This document shows, in pieces, positions 1 through 25,317 of a stretch of DNA of 64,000 nt; the first letter of the stretch is position 1, and the number at the start of each line of letters is the position of its first letter. Made by a program: the position numbers and the translations under genes. The notes beneath the pieces are model-generated. The model was not told where the DNA came from. It did no database searches and was given only the letters and a program-made list of their open reading frames with translations. Location of the stretch: positions 124,001-188,000 of the forward strand of contig NIVC01000082.1 in assembly GCA_002269645.1 (NCBI GenBank), given 5' to 3'. The stretch comes from Macrostomum lignano. Its lineage: Eukaryota.

Positions 1-150
1 TGGCATTACTGACACCCAATTCTGGCATTACTGACACCCAATTCTGGCATTCCTGACACCCGATTCTGGCATTCCTGACACCCGATTCTGGCATTACTGA
101 CACCTGATTCTGGCATTCCTGACACCCGATTCTGGCATTACTGACACCCA
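1..150. repeat. 22-bp minisatellite TGGCATTACTGACACCCAATTC (truncated by window start)
   Basis: About 6.5 units read directly. Confidence 0.95.
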
Positions 151-482
151 ATTAAATTCAGTTCGACAAATTCGAAAACAGAGTTCTATTTTGTCATTAA
201 TTTCCCATCGGCGAGACGGCAGAGAACAAAGAACAAAAAATTGGGAATTTAGTTTTTAAATGCCATTCAATCAAATTTCCGTTTTCGCCACTCATCGATG
301 CTGAAATTTTGTTTACTCATCAGAGCACGCAACTTTCTTCCTTGGCTGAGAACCTTCGCCTATCCTCCCAGAATTGTTTCAGTCACGCTTGGGAAAAAAA
401 ATCAAGGAAAAACACCCTTTGTCTAAGAGTCTATAAAAGAGGACACAATCAATTTTCGCAAGCCTTCTTTGATTTGAAATTC

Positions 483-1713
483 ATGATTATGCCACCAAAA
501 TGCTTTACAGTGCTTTGTCTTCTATTTGCTTCGCTGCTGATAGCTGTCACAGCCTCGTTGTCATGCCAACCGAACAGCTTCACCGTGCCGGATGTACAGG
601 ATTCGTCACTGAAGTACTGCGTCTATGCCTACAACTTCACTGCTGACTTCTGCCAGGCTGTGCGCGCCTGCCACAGCAACGGACAGGTGAGGAACTGATG
701 AAGAGGAAGTGGGCTGGACACTGTAAGTGGTTGGTGTGTTTGAGACAATAGATGAGGCTGTTGCATGCAGGTATTATTATGCGTAACTATTCATGATCAC
801 CAGGAGCTAATCAGCAGGCAAGTCTTCGAATCGATGCGCGCTCGGATCAGCGACTTCCTGGTGGATCCGGGCTGGTGGGTCGGACTCACCGACTCTGGCG
901 ATGAACGGGACACCAGGAAGGACGGCTGGGTGTGGATTCTTGACGGTCAAGTGACCGGCCCGACAGACAGCGGATTTAACAGCGTTGAGCCGAATAATTA
1001 CGGAGGAGATCAGGTGTGTGTGCGCTTATAATTGCACGAGCTGGTACCCATTTTACAGCTGGGTGAGCTGAAGCAATGCAGAGTTGAGTGTCTTGCTCAA
1101 GGACACAAATCGTTCCTAGTGGGACCTTTCAGTCTCGATTCCGACGTTCCAACCATTAGACTACAGACCCCCCAATATACTATAAAATCTAGTTATATTC
1201 GTATTTACTCATCGCTAACAAACAAATAATTTATTAAATCGTTGTCAGGACTGTGTCGTCTCCATGAGCCACAGTCCGTCGTCAGATGCAGGCATTGAGC
1301 TACGCGACGCCACCTGTACCGAACTCAACAGCATCTATTGCTACTCGAATTCGGAGCACAACTCTGCTCCCGCGGACCAGCTTTACCAGCTCCCCAATTC
1401 ACCCGTCGCAATGTCCACTGGTCGGTTTATTCAGTCCAACGGCAATTCGACTGCCTTCTACAAAGACCTATCTGACGCTACGCGTCCTGTAGCCGCCTGC
1501 TGGCAAGAGGCCGCCTCGGTGGCCGGCACTACGGTCAGAAATCGGCTGATGTGCTCGCACAGGTGCCAGAAAATCTTTCCCACCTGTTTGGGCTTCTATT
1601 GGCAACCGACTAAGCGAGAGTGCGTGATTATCAAAGGCAACGACTCGATCGTGCTGCTGCCTCATCGCAGCATTGCCGAGCTAATGGACTGGCAGAAATA
1701 TCTATACTTCTGA
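483..1713 (+). CDS. Secreted C-type lectin domain protein with C-terminal PAN/apple-like domain (3 exons: 483-686, 771-1013, 1249-1713)
   Basis: Hydrophobic signal peptide (FTVLCLLFASLLIAVTA). CTL motifs WWVGLTD, GWVW, EPNN..QDCV and D.TC...IYC join in phase 0 across GT-AG introns. The C-terminal CSHRC...CLGF.W....C pattern is PAN-like. The exon 2 acceptor is less certain. Confidence 0.75.
1040..1172 (-). mobile_element. tRNA-derived SINE with CORE-like domain (copy 1, lectin intron 2)
   Basis: Reverse complement has an A-box-like head, then TGTGTCCTTGAGCAAGACACT...CAGCTGTAAAATGGG, resembling the CORE-SINE domain; homologous to copies at 41620, 48252 and 61805. Confidence 0.75.
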
Positions 1714-2076
1714 ATACGATACGATCTAGTTTAGAGTCGAGCGACTGGTGTGAATTTTAAGCTTTATAGATGAATTAAGAATGGAATAATTGTTCTAAGG
1801 ACATTGTTAATGCAACAACTCAAAATATAAAGGACAATCGAAATGTACCAACACCTATATAGCAAAACTGCAGTCCAACACCGACTGTATAAAAATCAAA
1901 ACAGAGTTTTTTTGTCATTTTTTCTGTTTCTTTTCTGTCCAGAGTAATAAAAATCAAAGAAGAAGCGTTCAGTAAGTGAAATTACGTCAGAAGGGCACTT
2001 ACAGAAATTGAAAAAGTCAAGTAAAAAGGGACATATCAATCAGCACTGAAATGGTAACTGTAGTCTTAAAACGTCA

Positions 2077-3594
2077 TCAGTCTTCAGTCAGAACAGCAGC
2101 GGCAGCTCGCAGTTCGCTGTCGCAGTCGCTCAGCGCACCGGAAGCTGCACCTTCCGGCCACTCGGCCAGCCGTCGACCGAATTCGCTCAATCGAACGCGC
2201 AGCCGGTCGCATCGGCGCTCCAGTGAGCGACTCTCTCGAGCCAGCGCTTCGCGCGACTGGCGCCGGCGCCGGAGAATGTCGCGCCGAGCTCGAGCTAGAA
2301 GCAGCGCGTCAGCCTGATTGCTGGCCTGCTGCTGATGCTGATGGTGATGACAATGATGAAGATGCTTGCGATGCCAGCAGGCGCAGGATTTTCTCGACTG
2401 TCGAGCATCTTCAACGCAGAGTCGATGCTGTAGGCGCCGCTGAGCGGACCGACTGTCGGCTCGTAGCTCGCTAAGCTGCCGCTCGAGGCGGTGCAGTTCG
2501 GCAGATGACGACGCAACCGTCGCGGAATCGCGCTGGCACGAGCGCCTGTCGGCGGCATTTCGACAAGCCCGTGGCACCGCTTCGGTGTCTTCGCCGTCCT
2601 CGTAGCCAGAACCGCCGTCGTCCACTTGAGCTGCTCCCTCGTCGTCCGAGCGCAATCGCTCAGCGATCCGACGCAACGGCGCCTGAAGTTCGCGTTGGAC
2701 GCGACGAAAATTTCGCCAGGCTTGGTCGTCGGGCCCGGCCGATTGCTCAGGATGTTGATTACGCTTTGGGGACGCTACCAAGGTACGAGTAGCCACCTTC
2801 CGCTGCTGGCTACCAAACTCTTTTACAGACGGCCGATCAGTTTTGACAAGCTCCTGCTCACCAACCCTGTCGAGGCCATCAGCCAAGTTGGTGGCCCGAC
2901 GAAGTGGCTGCTTGGGCAACGGCTTTTCACGCTGTTGTTCGATTTGTCCAGTTGCAGTCTGGCAGGCGTGCTTCAACTGCCAGTCAATAACCTTCCTGCT
3001 GGCGCTGCAGACGGCCTTCTCGGTCGTTGTCGCTGTTGGTCTGACGTTAAGTCGTTTGAACAATAGTTGCACCTCTTCCTCCGTAGGCGGAGGTGGCAAC
3101 GATGGCGGCTGCTGTAGCTTGGAGTTCGACGACTGTTGAGTTAGAACTGGAGGCGTTGAACGAGGTGGTGGCGGCGGCGGGGGCAGCGGAGGTGGCGTCG
3201 GTGGCAGTGGAGGTCGCTTTAATCGGTTGCAATCGTCGACTTTATCGTCCAGCTTGTCATCGGTGACATCGGACGGGCGAATCCAGCTGACGTCTGGACG
3301 AACTGGGGTGCGCGGCGCGCTGGCTTTGCGCTGGCCGGGAAAGCGCAGCAAGCCGTCGTCCGAGTCGGGCACCGCAGCGGTCCGTCTAACCGTTGACTGT
3401 CCCGACGATGTGCCGGTGGCGTTGTGCGCTGGCGTCTCCGTCAGGGGCAGCAGCAGATGCAGCGGACGCTCCGGTGAGCTGACGGTGCAAGGCGGAATTT
3501 GCCTCAGATGCACGGCGCTTTGGTGAACCTGACGATGGTGCTCTTGCAACAGCTGGTGATGCTTGTGGCAGCTGGGATCGCCTTGAAGCCACAT
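2077..3594 (-). CDS. Intronless 505-aa protein of unknown function: poly-Pro tract, predicted C-terminal coiled coil, His/Gln tract
   Basis: Long GC-rich ORF with ATG start, flanked by AT-rich DNA; no family recognised. Confidence 0.6.
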
Positions 3595-5212
3595 GCCACT
3601 GGTTTGTGTCCTTATGAGTCCTCTCCAGAGTCTGTTTTGTCACCTGTTGTGTTAAACGAATTAGCCATATGTTCGTATACACGTTTGAATGGGAATTTTA
3701 GATTATTTTATACATGCAACATGGTGCTTCACCCATTTTTCAATTTTTTATGTCTAAGAACGCATCATGCTAAGACATGTTTGGTTTGGTATGGTAGCTT
3801 CGTTGCTTTATCAAGCAGACATGAAGGCCATCATGAAGGCCTTATTAGAGGTAGCTTTTAGCAAAAATGGCAACTTACATACACAGTTCCTACGAATAGG
3901 CGTCACGTCACGACAGTCAAAACATTGAAACAAAGTCGTATAATGTCTTCTAATATGTTTTTTCAAGAGTCAGTTTAGTGAGCCAGGTAAGACAGCCAAA
4001 AAATAAGCCAATAAAAATGAAGGCTTTATTTCATCCAAGGTTGGCTGAGTTTGTTGTTTCAGGCGGTCAGGCTTTGGGTGTACAATCTAAATGTACATAC
4101 ATGACGCTGGACGAGTCTCACCCTATGCCGCCTCTGATTGGCTGGGCTTTTTTTTAAATTAGCCCTGGCCCCCGAAACCCCCTAACTAACAAGCCCGCTT
4201 GTCAAAAAGGAGTTGGGGCTGACTGGGTGCGTGTGAACTTCAAGCGCGTGCATAAAAGCCGGGGGGGGGGTCAAGTCCCGTCGCCGTTATACTGCAGTGT
4301 TAAACGAAACAAATAAAATGGTTTTATTACCTAGCCCTGGCTTAATGAACGAATCAAGGTCGCTGTAAGCTCTCTTTCTTAATCGGTGAATACGCAACAC
4401 GACTGATAAACTGATAAAGAATGAAAAAACACTTACTAATAGTACACCAATACATTTTCCTTTTATTTACTCCTAGATGAGTCGTTAAAAAAAACTTTAT
4501 TAGTAAAATTAATTAAAGTACATTAAATTGTTTTCTCTCGCGTGAAAGTGAAAGACACTGACAAAACCGACGCTTGTACTTGTACATACGATCGTAGTAC
4601 TTGCAAGTGTTTTAGTTTTAGTTTAGTCAGTTTAGGGTCATTAAAATCAACAAAGTTAAAGGATGATAGCAAGGCATTAGCTACTTTATTTCAGAGACTA
4701 GGGAGGGAATAAGTAATACGTAGATAGTAGTGTCTTATGTATACAAAGAGCCTTGGAAGTAAAATAGAGCAAATATGGCATACAAAAGTCTATTTCCCTA
4801 TAGACTGAGAGAAACAAGCATGCACACCGACAGTATTGGATAGATGGCCAAGGATTTAAATTTTTGTAATTAAATTACTATGATATTAATTTAATAATTC
4901 GATTTCGTATGGATGCGTTAAACAAAATCAAAACATTTCGATAATCTTATTTTTGACGATTCTGACTAATTAGATTGCGCTGAGCTGTGCACCGCATTTG
5001 ACAGACACTTTGACGACTCATCGGAACAGATGAGCCCGAAAATTGACGAGGTTGCTGAATAAATTGAGAACAATAGACCGAGCTTACTGGCCTAGGAATG
5101 ACGTGTGGCCCAAAGGTGTCGGACTGGCTCAGAAAGGAGAGCTGAAATTGTTTAAATTGTTGCTGTTTAATTCAAACTGAAACCCGATAATTGCCCCGTA
5201 ATTCACCCACAA

Positions 5213-6232
5213 ATGAAGCCCTGCAATTCACACGATTGAAGCCTTACACTTCACACAATTGAAGGCTCACAGTTCACACAATTGAAGCCCCCCACAGTTC
5301 ACACAATTGAAGCCCCCCACAGTTCACACAATTAAAGCCCTACAGTTCACACAATAGAAGCCTCACATTTCACACAATTGAAGCCTCACATTTCGCACAA
5401 TTGAAGTCTCACAGTTCACACAATTGAAGCCCCCCACAGCTCACACAATTAAAGCCCTACAGTTCACACAATAGAAGCCTCACATTTCACACAATTGAGG
5501 CCTCACACTTCACATAATTCAAGTCTCACAGCTCGCACAATTGAAGTCTCACAGTTCACACAATTGAAGCCCCCCACAGTTCGCACAATTGAAGCCCTGC
5601 AATTCACACAATTGAAGCCTCAAAATTCACATAATTCAAGTCTCACAGTTCGCACAATTGAAGGCTCGCAGTTTACACAATTAGAACCCCAAAGTTCACA
5701 CAATTGAAGGCTCGCAGTTTACACAATTAGAACCCCAAAGTTCACACAATTGAAGGCTCGCAGTTTACACAATTAGAACCCCAAAGTTCACACAATTGAA
5801 GGCTCGCAGTTTACACAATTAGAACCCCAAAGTTCACACAATTGAAGGCTCGCAGTTACACAATTAGAACCCCAAAGTTCGCACAATTGAAGTCTCACAG
5901 TTTACACAATTAGAACCCCAAAGTTCACACAATTGAAGGCTCGCAGTTTACACAATTAGAACCCCAAAGTTCACACAATTGAAGGCTCGCAGTTTACACA
6001 ATTAGAACCCCAAAGTTCACACAATTGAAGGCTCGCAGTTTACACAATTAGAACCCCAAAGTTCACACAATTGAAGGCTCGCAGTTACACAATTAGAACC
6101 CCAAAGTTCACACAATTGAAGGCTCGCAGTTTACACAATTAGAACCCCAAAGTTCACACAATTGAAGGCTCGCAGTTTACACAATAAGAACCCCAAAGTT
6201 CACACAATTGAAGGCTCGCAGTTTACACAAGT
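5213..6232. repeat. ~23-bp minisatellite (TTCACACAATTGAAG core) that becomes a 46-bp dimer
   Basis: Direct periodicity; intergenic. Confidence 0.95.
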
Positions 6233-6751
6233 GAAACATTTTGCCAAATCCTCAGCGACCTTGTTACCAGATAAAACGGTGAGAATATCAACAAGTGGTG
6301 CGCACTTCTAAACTCTGTGTTTATATCCGAACCGCGATCACTATGCAGTGTTTTGTTGAGTATAGTGACTGCGCCAATATTTTTAGAAAATGAGCAAAAT
6401 ATTTGCGGTTATATTTAATCAAACTTTTTTTTGAAAATATGAGAAAACTTTATAAACAAGAAGACACGGCAATTACGAGCTATCTGGGCTAGAAAACAAA
6501 TAAGAGCCATACTCGTTAAGGTGCAAAATTATCGCTGTGCAATTAATCAAACTGCATGTGACTAATCAAAACTCAATAAGGAAATTATTAAAAATAGTTA
6601 ATTTATTAGGAACCTTTTCGATTGGATAACAGCTTTAACTGTGTCGTTCTCTTAGTTGGGGCAGCTGAAAATTAATTGAACGTACAATTAATAACCCACA
6701 GTATTTGTTTTTTTGACAGTACATTTTCCTAAGTCGATTACTGGCAAAGAA

Positions 6752-7232
6752 CTGATGGGGGCTACTGATGGGGGCTACTGATGGGGTGGGCACTGATGGG
6801 GGCTACTGATGGGGGGCTACTGATGGGGGCTACTGATAGGGGCTACTGATGGGGTGGGCACTGATGGGGGCTACTGATGGGGGGCTACTGATGGGGGCTA
6901 CTGATGGGGGGCTACTGATGGAGGGGGCTATTAATGGGGGGCTACTGATGGGGGCTACGGGGCTACTGATGGGGGCTACGGGGCTACTGATGGGGGCTAC
7001 GGGGCTACTGATGGAGGCTACGGGGCTACTGATGGGGGCTAAGGGGCTACTGATGGGGGGCTACTGATAGGGGGCTACTGATGGGGGCTACTGATAGGGG
7101 GCTACTGATGGGGGGCTACTGATAGGGGGCTACTGATGGGGGGCTACTGATAGGGGGCTACTGATGGGGGGCTACTGATAGGGGGCTACTGATGGGGGCT
7201 ACAGGGCTACTGATAGGGAGCGCTACTCATAG
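6752..7232. repeat. 12-13-bp repeat GGGGCTACTGAT
   Basis: Direct periodicity. Confidence 0.95.
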
Positions 7233-7378
7233 GGGCTCTACATCCATCCATAATTGCTAGAAAATTTTTGCTTGATTCATACGGTCCTGCTGCATTTATT
7301 TTTTCCAATATAGATGTAGAATCGATATTTGATCACATTTTTACTGCCATTTCAACAACGATATGTTGTATCGAAAGG

Positions 7379-17432
<10,054 letters not shown>

Positions 17433-17639
17433 CTGCGTAGTTTGATTGTCTACTGTCAGTAGTGGCTCGCAGCCTGCGCAAAGTCAAGTTTAATGACAAA
17501 TAAAAAATAAGACATTGTTATAGTTCGTATACAAAGGTCATCAAGCGCTTATGTACTGATTGCAATGGTCTGATGGTCAACCTGTCCGAGTTGTCCGTGG
17601 ATGCTTCATTAAGAATAAAGAATATTTAAATTTCACTTA

Positions 17640-18030
17640 TTGCCTAGCAGAGGTCCCGTTAGTTTCTCTAACCCTCTCTGTAGCCCAAGTCTGATCTGAT
17701 TGGCCAGCAGAGGTCCCGTCAGTCTCTCTAACCCTCTCTGTAGCCCAAGTCTGATCTGATTGGCTAGCAAAATCCCAGTCAGTCTCTCTAACCCTCTCTG
17801 TAGCCCAAGTCTGATCTGATTGGCCAGCAGAGGTCCCGTCAGTCTCTCTAACCCTCTCTGTAGCCCAAGTCTGATCTGATTGGCTAGCAAAATCCCAGTC
17901 AGTCTCTCTAACCCTCTCTGTAGCCTAAGTCTGATCTGATTGGCCAGCAGAGGTCCTGTCAGTCTCTCTAACCCTCTCTGTAGCCCAAGTCTGATCTGAT
18001 TGGCTAGCAGAGGCCCATTCTGTCTCTGTA
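17640..18030. repeat. 60-bp intronic repeat (about 6.5 units)
   Basis: Successive 60-nt lines are near identical. Confidence 0.97.
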
Positions 18031-18222
18031 GCTCTCTCTGTTCTGTAGTTATGCATAATGACAATACAGTATACTAGTAGATTCTGGAGTTCCAGACATA
18101 TTCAACAAACTATTAACAGCATAAAGTTAATCTTTATATTTGACTGTATTTTTCCTACTACAGATATAAGACTACTTCATGACTACGACGAATTTTTTCA
18201 AGCGAGTCGTTAGTCAGTTCTT

Positions 18223-18237
18223 GTTGCCAATGGCAAC
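18223..18237. promoter_or_regulatory. RFX X-box candidate GTTGCCAATGGCAAC
   Basis: Perfect match to GTNRCC-N(0-3)-RGYAAC inside a cilia-associated AGBL2/3 gene. Confidence 0.55.
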
Positions 18238-18521
18238 CATCGGCACTCACTGCTATACTCTCTGGACAAGTTGAGAGCCAAGAAGGAAACGATCCACAAT
18301 AACAATGTCTGGCTTAAAGAGTCTCTCAGCTGTTTAAAGATGAGTTTGCTTAGAAAAATCCTACCTGTATAGCGTTGCATAGTGTCCCAGGCTGGGCCTT
18401 TGTTAAACTCCTCAGTTGGATGCAAAAGAAGTGCTCATACTTCCTGTGCTCTCCGTGAATCTTTCCATATAGCTAATTTCTAATATGCTACTTCTCTCTT
18501 AAGGTTTGATTAAATACAGTG

Positions 18522-18937
18522 ATATTGTGAATTCACAGAGTTGAATCACTGCGATTTCGTGAATTCACAGAGTTGAATTACTGCAATCTCGTGAATTCAC
18601 AGAGTTGAATCACTGCGATCTCGTGAATTCACAGAGTTGAATCACTGCGATCTCGTGAATTCACAGAGTTGAATCACTGCAATCTCGTGAATTCACAGAG
18701 TTGAATCACTGCAATCTCGTGTATTCACTAAGTTGAATCACAGCGATCTCGTGTATTCACAGAGTTGAATCACTGCAATCTCGTGAATTCACAGAGTTGA
18801 ATCACAGCAATCTCGTGTATTCACTGAGTTGAATCACTGCGATCTCGTGAATTCACAGAGTTGAATCACTGCGATCTCGTGTATTCACAGAGTTGAATCA
18901 CTGCGATCTCGTGAATTCACAGAGTTGAATCACTGTG
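18522..18937. repeat. 32-bp repeat GAATTCACAGAGTTGAATCACTGCGATCTCGT
   Basis: About 13 units. Confidence 0.95.
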
Positions 18938-19464
18938 ACAGCATGAATTTTCGGATGAGTCACTAGTGAATCGCGTGAATTTTAGTAGCTAACTACCGGA
19001 TGTGAAATAAGCGTCTGTTTTTGTGGCTTTACTAAGAAAAAGCTTATTATGGGCATTTTCAACATCATAGCAGAAAAAGAATTCTCAAATATGCAACTCA
19101 ATGCGTTTTCATCCGAGCTTTTGAATGCTCATTTAATACGCTAGTGTTTTTCCTGACTGTTGCTTATTCTAAGAGCGTAATTTACCTTTCCATAGAAATA
19201 TTTCGCCTTACTTTTCTGTCTGCTATGAGGTGAGTCGAAAGAAGCATATGGAGAGGCATTTTGACAGTCAGACTGTCAGACAAATTATGAATAATGAGCG
19301 CAGTTTGTGCTTATATTATACGTCTCTCCCCAGCTTCTAGGCAAAGTTCGTTTTGCTTATGGTGAAGTTAATTTAGACTGTGCAAAATGTGTGATAATTG
19401 CATTTATAATTGCATTCTTTATTGAGAGAACAGTCACAGAGCGACTTCAAGATCACAGTGAAAT

Positions 19465-20025
19465 CCGGCAAGATCAAAGTGGCATCTTTAAATTGCCGGC
19501 AAGATCAAAGCGGCATCTATAAATTGCCATCAAGATCAAAGCGGCATCTATAAATTGCCAGCAAGATCAAAGCGGCATCTATAAATTGCCAGCAAGATCA
19601 AAGCGGCATCTATAAATTGCCAGCAAGATCAAAGCGGCATCTATAAATTGCCGGCAAGATCAAAGCGGTATCTTTAAATTTCCGGCAAGATCAAAACGGC
19701 ATCAATAAATAGCCGGCAAGATCAAAGTGGTATCTTTCAATTGCCAGCAAGATCAAAGCGGTATCAGTAAATTTCCGGCAAGATCAAAATGGTATCTTTA
19801 AATTGCCGGCAAGATCAAAGCGGTATCAGTAAATTGCCGGCAAGATCAAAGCAGTATCAGTAAATTGCCGGCAAGATCAAAGCGGTATCAGTAAATTGCC
19901 GGCAAGATCAAAGCAGTATCAGTAAATTGCCGGCAAGATCAAAGCGGTATCAGTAAATTGCCGGCAAGATCAAAGCGCATCTTTAAATTGCCGGCAAGAT
20001 CAAAGTGGTATCTTTAAATTGGCAC
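19465..20025. repeat. 31-bp repeat GCCGGCAAGATCAAAGCGG(C/T)ATC..TAAATT
   Basis: About 18 units. Confidence 0.95.
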
Positions 20026-20654
20026 CAAGACTTAATTGACATTATTACTCAAGATCAATAATGACTTCTATTTTTCATTTTGAACAGCAGGATCTAAGGT
20101 TATTTAGGCACATCAACTCGTTGAAACTTAAAAAAGCGTTCTCAATCATATACAATAAAATACTTCATACTGAATATACCGTGTCGGAACGTGAAAAATC
20201 TAGCAAAACCATTGCCCAGGACGCCAGTGCAGTGCAAGGAGTACTGAAAAAAACTCTACTAAAACTGCTTTATTTACCTGCTTTTCGGCAAACACTTTTC
20301 CGAAACGGCCCAGTCGATAAGGCAGCTCCGCGCACTGATGAAGCCAAAAGATTTCGTGCGTTTATAGCATTTTGATCAACTCGAGCGGTGGTAACAGGAT
20401 AGGTTGACTAATATCGCTTGATAAGAGGCTCTCGTGATAAAATCTTTTTTTCAATACAAAAATTGCTCACATCAAGAAGTACTTCAATTGTTTAGAAATC
20501 CGCGTTTACTATTAATAAAAATCAATGACAAAAATGCGAGTGGGCAGAAAAGGGGCTCGAAAATACTTTCCGCACAAATTTGACTGTCAACTTTCTTTAG
20601 TACGCTACTAAAATAAGTAGGAAAATGCGGGTGCGTAGTCAGGATCAATCGTTG

Positions 20655-20872
20655 GAAGCGCCATTTAATTTTGAGGGAGGCGCCACTTTTATTTTAAGGA
20701 AGGCACCAGTTCATTTTGCGGAAGGCGCCATTTTATTTTGAGGGAGGCGCCAGTTCATTTTGAGCGAGGCGCCAGTTCATTTTGAGGGAGGCGCCAGTTC
20801 ATTTTGAGGGAGGTGCCATTTCATTTTGAGCGAGGCGCCATTTCATTTTGAGCGAGGCGCCAGTTCATTTCA
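20655..20872. repeat. 22-bp repeat GGCGCCAGTTCATTTTGAGGGA
   Basis: About 9 units adjacent to the donor at 20887. Confidence 0.9.
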
Positions 20873-20887
20873 TTATTCAGAACTCAC

Positions 20888-22858
20888 CAGGATTTCTCAG
20901 AGGCAGCAGTAGCGGCTCGAACTCAGGCGACGGCAGCCGTCGATGCCGCGGGGTCGGATGGCAGGGGCCGAAGTCGCGCGGCCAGAAGGGGCCGTGCGAG
21001 TCTCTCACCAAGCCGTACTGGTCCCGGTAGCGCCCGTCAGCTTGGCGCGTCAGCACAGAGCCGTCTGGCAAGCGACCGCCGATGATGCAACCGACGCCGG
21101 CGCCACCGCCTCCGCCGCTGCAGGCCTGTCGAAATCCATCTCTGGTGAAGTTTCTAAACAGCAGGATTCGCTCGTCAATCGTAAGGTCGCCAAAGTGCCG
21201 CATCGCCTCCAGGCCTTGGCGCAGCGGCTGACCGGAAGTGACATCGGAAGTGGAAGAATTCCGCCGCTGACGCTGCTGCGGCGAAGTCCACAAAGCTGCC
21301 CCAGTACCTGTCAGCTGACCGGACGCCGATATCATCGGCAGCGCATCGACATCGTCGCCGCCAAAGTCATCGAAGCCCTCGTCGAGATTGTCGACGTTGC
21401 GTCGCGGCTGCTGCAGCTGGACGAGAGGCCGGAACTGACGCCGGTTGCGGCTGTCGGAGTCGCTCGATTCTTGAAATCTGACGAACCGGCTTGAGGCGAC
21501 GGTCGCCGGTCCGCGAAGTGCAAAGTCTGTGCCGCTCCAGTAATCGAAATCGTCGGTTTCTGGCAGCTGCGGGTCCAGCGGCGGTCGCCGATCGTCGGCG
21601 ACGCAGAATCTGGGAGCGCCAACTGGCGCCGGCGCCGCGGCCACGGCAGCAGCGGCGGCGGCGCTGCGCAGCTGGCTGAGCTCGAGCTCGCGCTGCTCCG
21701 CTGCCCGGACGCGGGCCAGCTCGCGCTGCCGGCGCTGCCGCTCGGCCGGCGGCGTGTCGAGCGCCTCCCGGACTCGACGGCTGATCTCGGCTTCGAGCTC
21801 GAGGCGCAAGTGTTCGCGCCATTCGGGATTGCCTGACGATAAGGGGGAAAGCGGCGGGTGAGCCCCCCCTGACACCTGACTTTGGCGCCATCTGACACCT
21901 GACTTTGGCGCCATCTGACACCTTAATTCGGCGCCATCTGACACCTGACTTTGGCGCCATCTGACACCTGACTTTGGCGCCATCTGACACCTGACTTTGG
22001 CGCCATCTGACACCGACTTTGGCGCCATCTGACACCTAAATTTGGCGGCATATGACACCTGAATATGGCGCTTAAAGACACCTGAATATGGCGCTTAAAG
22101 ACACCTGAATATGGCGCTTAAAGACACCTGAATATGGCGCTTAAAGACACCTGAATATGGCGCTTAAAGACAACTGAATATGGCGCTTAAAGACAACTGA
22201 ATATGGCGCTAAAAGACACCTGAATATGGCGCTTAAAGACAACTGAATATGGCGCTTAAAGACAACTGAATATGGCGCTTAAAGACAACTGAATATGGCG
22301 CTTACTGACATTAAAATTTAGCGCTTACTAATACCTGAATTTGGCGCTTACTAACATTTGAATTGGCGCCCTCTGACATCTGAATTTGGCGCTTAATGAC
22401 ATCTGAATTTGGCGCCAGCTGAAATCTGAATTTGGGGCCCTCTGAAATCTAAATTCTAATTTGGCGCCTTCTAACACCTACTGACGTCTGCCATCCAAGC
22501 TGCTGGCGCATTTGTATAAAATTTCTCACACTGTTTGACACCTGAAATCGTGAGGTCGCTGGGCTTCTCCGCATGTAAAAGTATGCCCCGTGTAAGCAAG
22601 TATCGATTTATCGATGTATCGATTTTTCACCCGAGTGAAGGGCACAGCGAGGAGGCTCTCAACACACGTTTATCAACACACGTACTCTCTCTCTCTTCTC
22701 TCTTTCTCACCTGCCATGTCAATCTCGCGCTGTTTTGCTTGTTGCAGCAATTCAATCTCTTCTAGATGCTGCTGTTGCTGCTGCTGGAGCCGCAGCTCCC
22801 TCCGCTGTCTCCGACTGCGCTGCGCCTTCGAAGGCTCGATGTCAAGCTCCGAATCCAT
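20888..22858 (-). CDS. Two upstream coding exons (22858-22711, 21832-20888), probably the N-terminal extension of the AGBL2/3-like gene
   Basis: Phase-1 splice ATGGCAG|gtgaga to tcgtcag|GCAAT gives MAGNPEW. Exons are GC-rich and encode Q/R/E-rich helices; there is a gtgagt donor at 20887. The linking exons between 20888 and 17432 are unresolved. Confidence 0.6.
21868..22480. repeat. 23-bp intronic minisatellite with ordered variants (GGCGCCATCTGACACCTGACTTT to GGCGCTTAAAGACACCTGAATAT)
   Basis: Direct periodicity. Confidence 0.95.
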
Positions 22859-23342
22859 GATTTAAAAAAAAACTATTCGATTACTGCAAATCAATTTGCT
22901 GATTTTGTACGGCTAGACTCTCGCATTGAAGCTCACCTTGACCTTGGTTGCTATGGCTGCAAATTTATCAAAGTAGATTTACTAGTAGCATGGCCTGATT
23001 CTCTGCTTCTTTGCGTTGCCGTCTTGCAGGTCGTTCTTAACTGCAACTTACCTAAATGCTGCATTCATATAGCGTATGGCCCACCCTGCCCCTTGGCCCA
23101 GAACCAATGAGAATCTTCACTCAACCACCCTCTGGCTGCTCAGGAAGTTTCAGATTTTCAGTTCGCAGTTGCAGTGTGGAGTCAGGGTTAGAGAGCCTGA
23201 GGGACCAGTCAGCCCAAATGCCAGAGCTTCAGCCGAACCGTGTTGGTTTATAGTTGATCTGATTTTTTTAATTCCACAAGATAAAACTTCCTTGACGACT
23301 AATTAGTTAATTGTATTTCAGTGCAGTAGTTTTGTGCGTGTG

Positions 23343-25040
<1,698 letters not shown>

Positions 25041-25317
25041 GTGAGAAATGTCGCTCACCACGGCGACATTTGGCGCTCCGCTACAGCCATAATTTAAAAA
25101 AATTCTTGAAAAACATTGCGCAGTTTATACATTTGCATAATAAATTTAACGGCATAATAAATTATAGTTGTGTCAACACGCATGCCACCAGTAAAACGCT
25201 AATCAACAACATTTTTCTCAGGGACAGGCAGAGACCGAGGGTGAGAGTTGGAGAGCTATCAGACCCTCAGACCGGGGAGTTCTAAAGATACAGTCAGGAA
25301 AACTAAAGCTACTGCAT

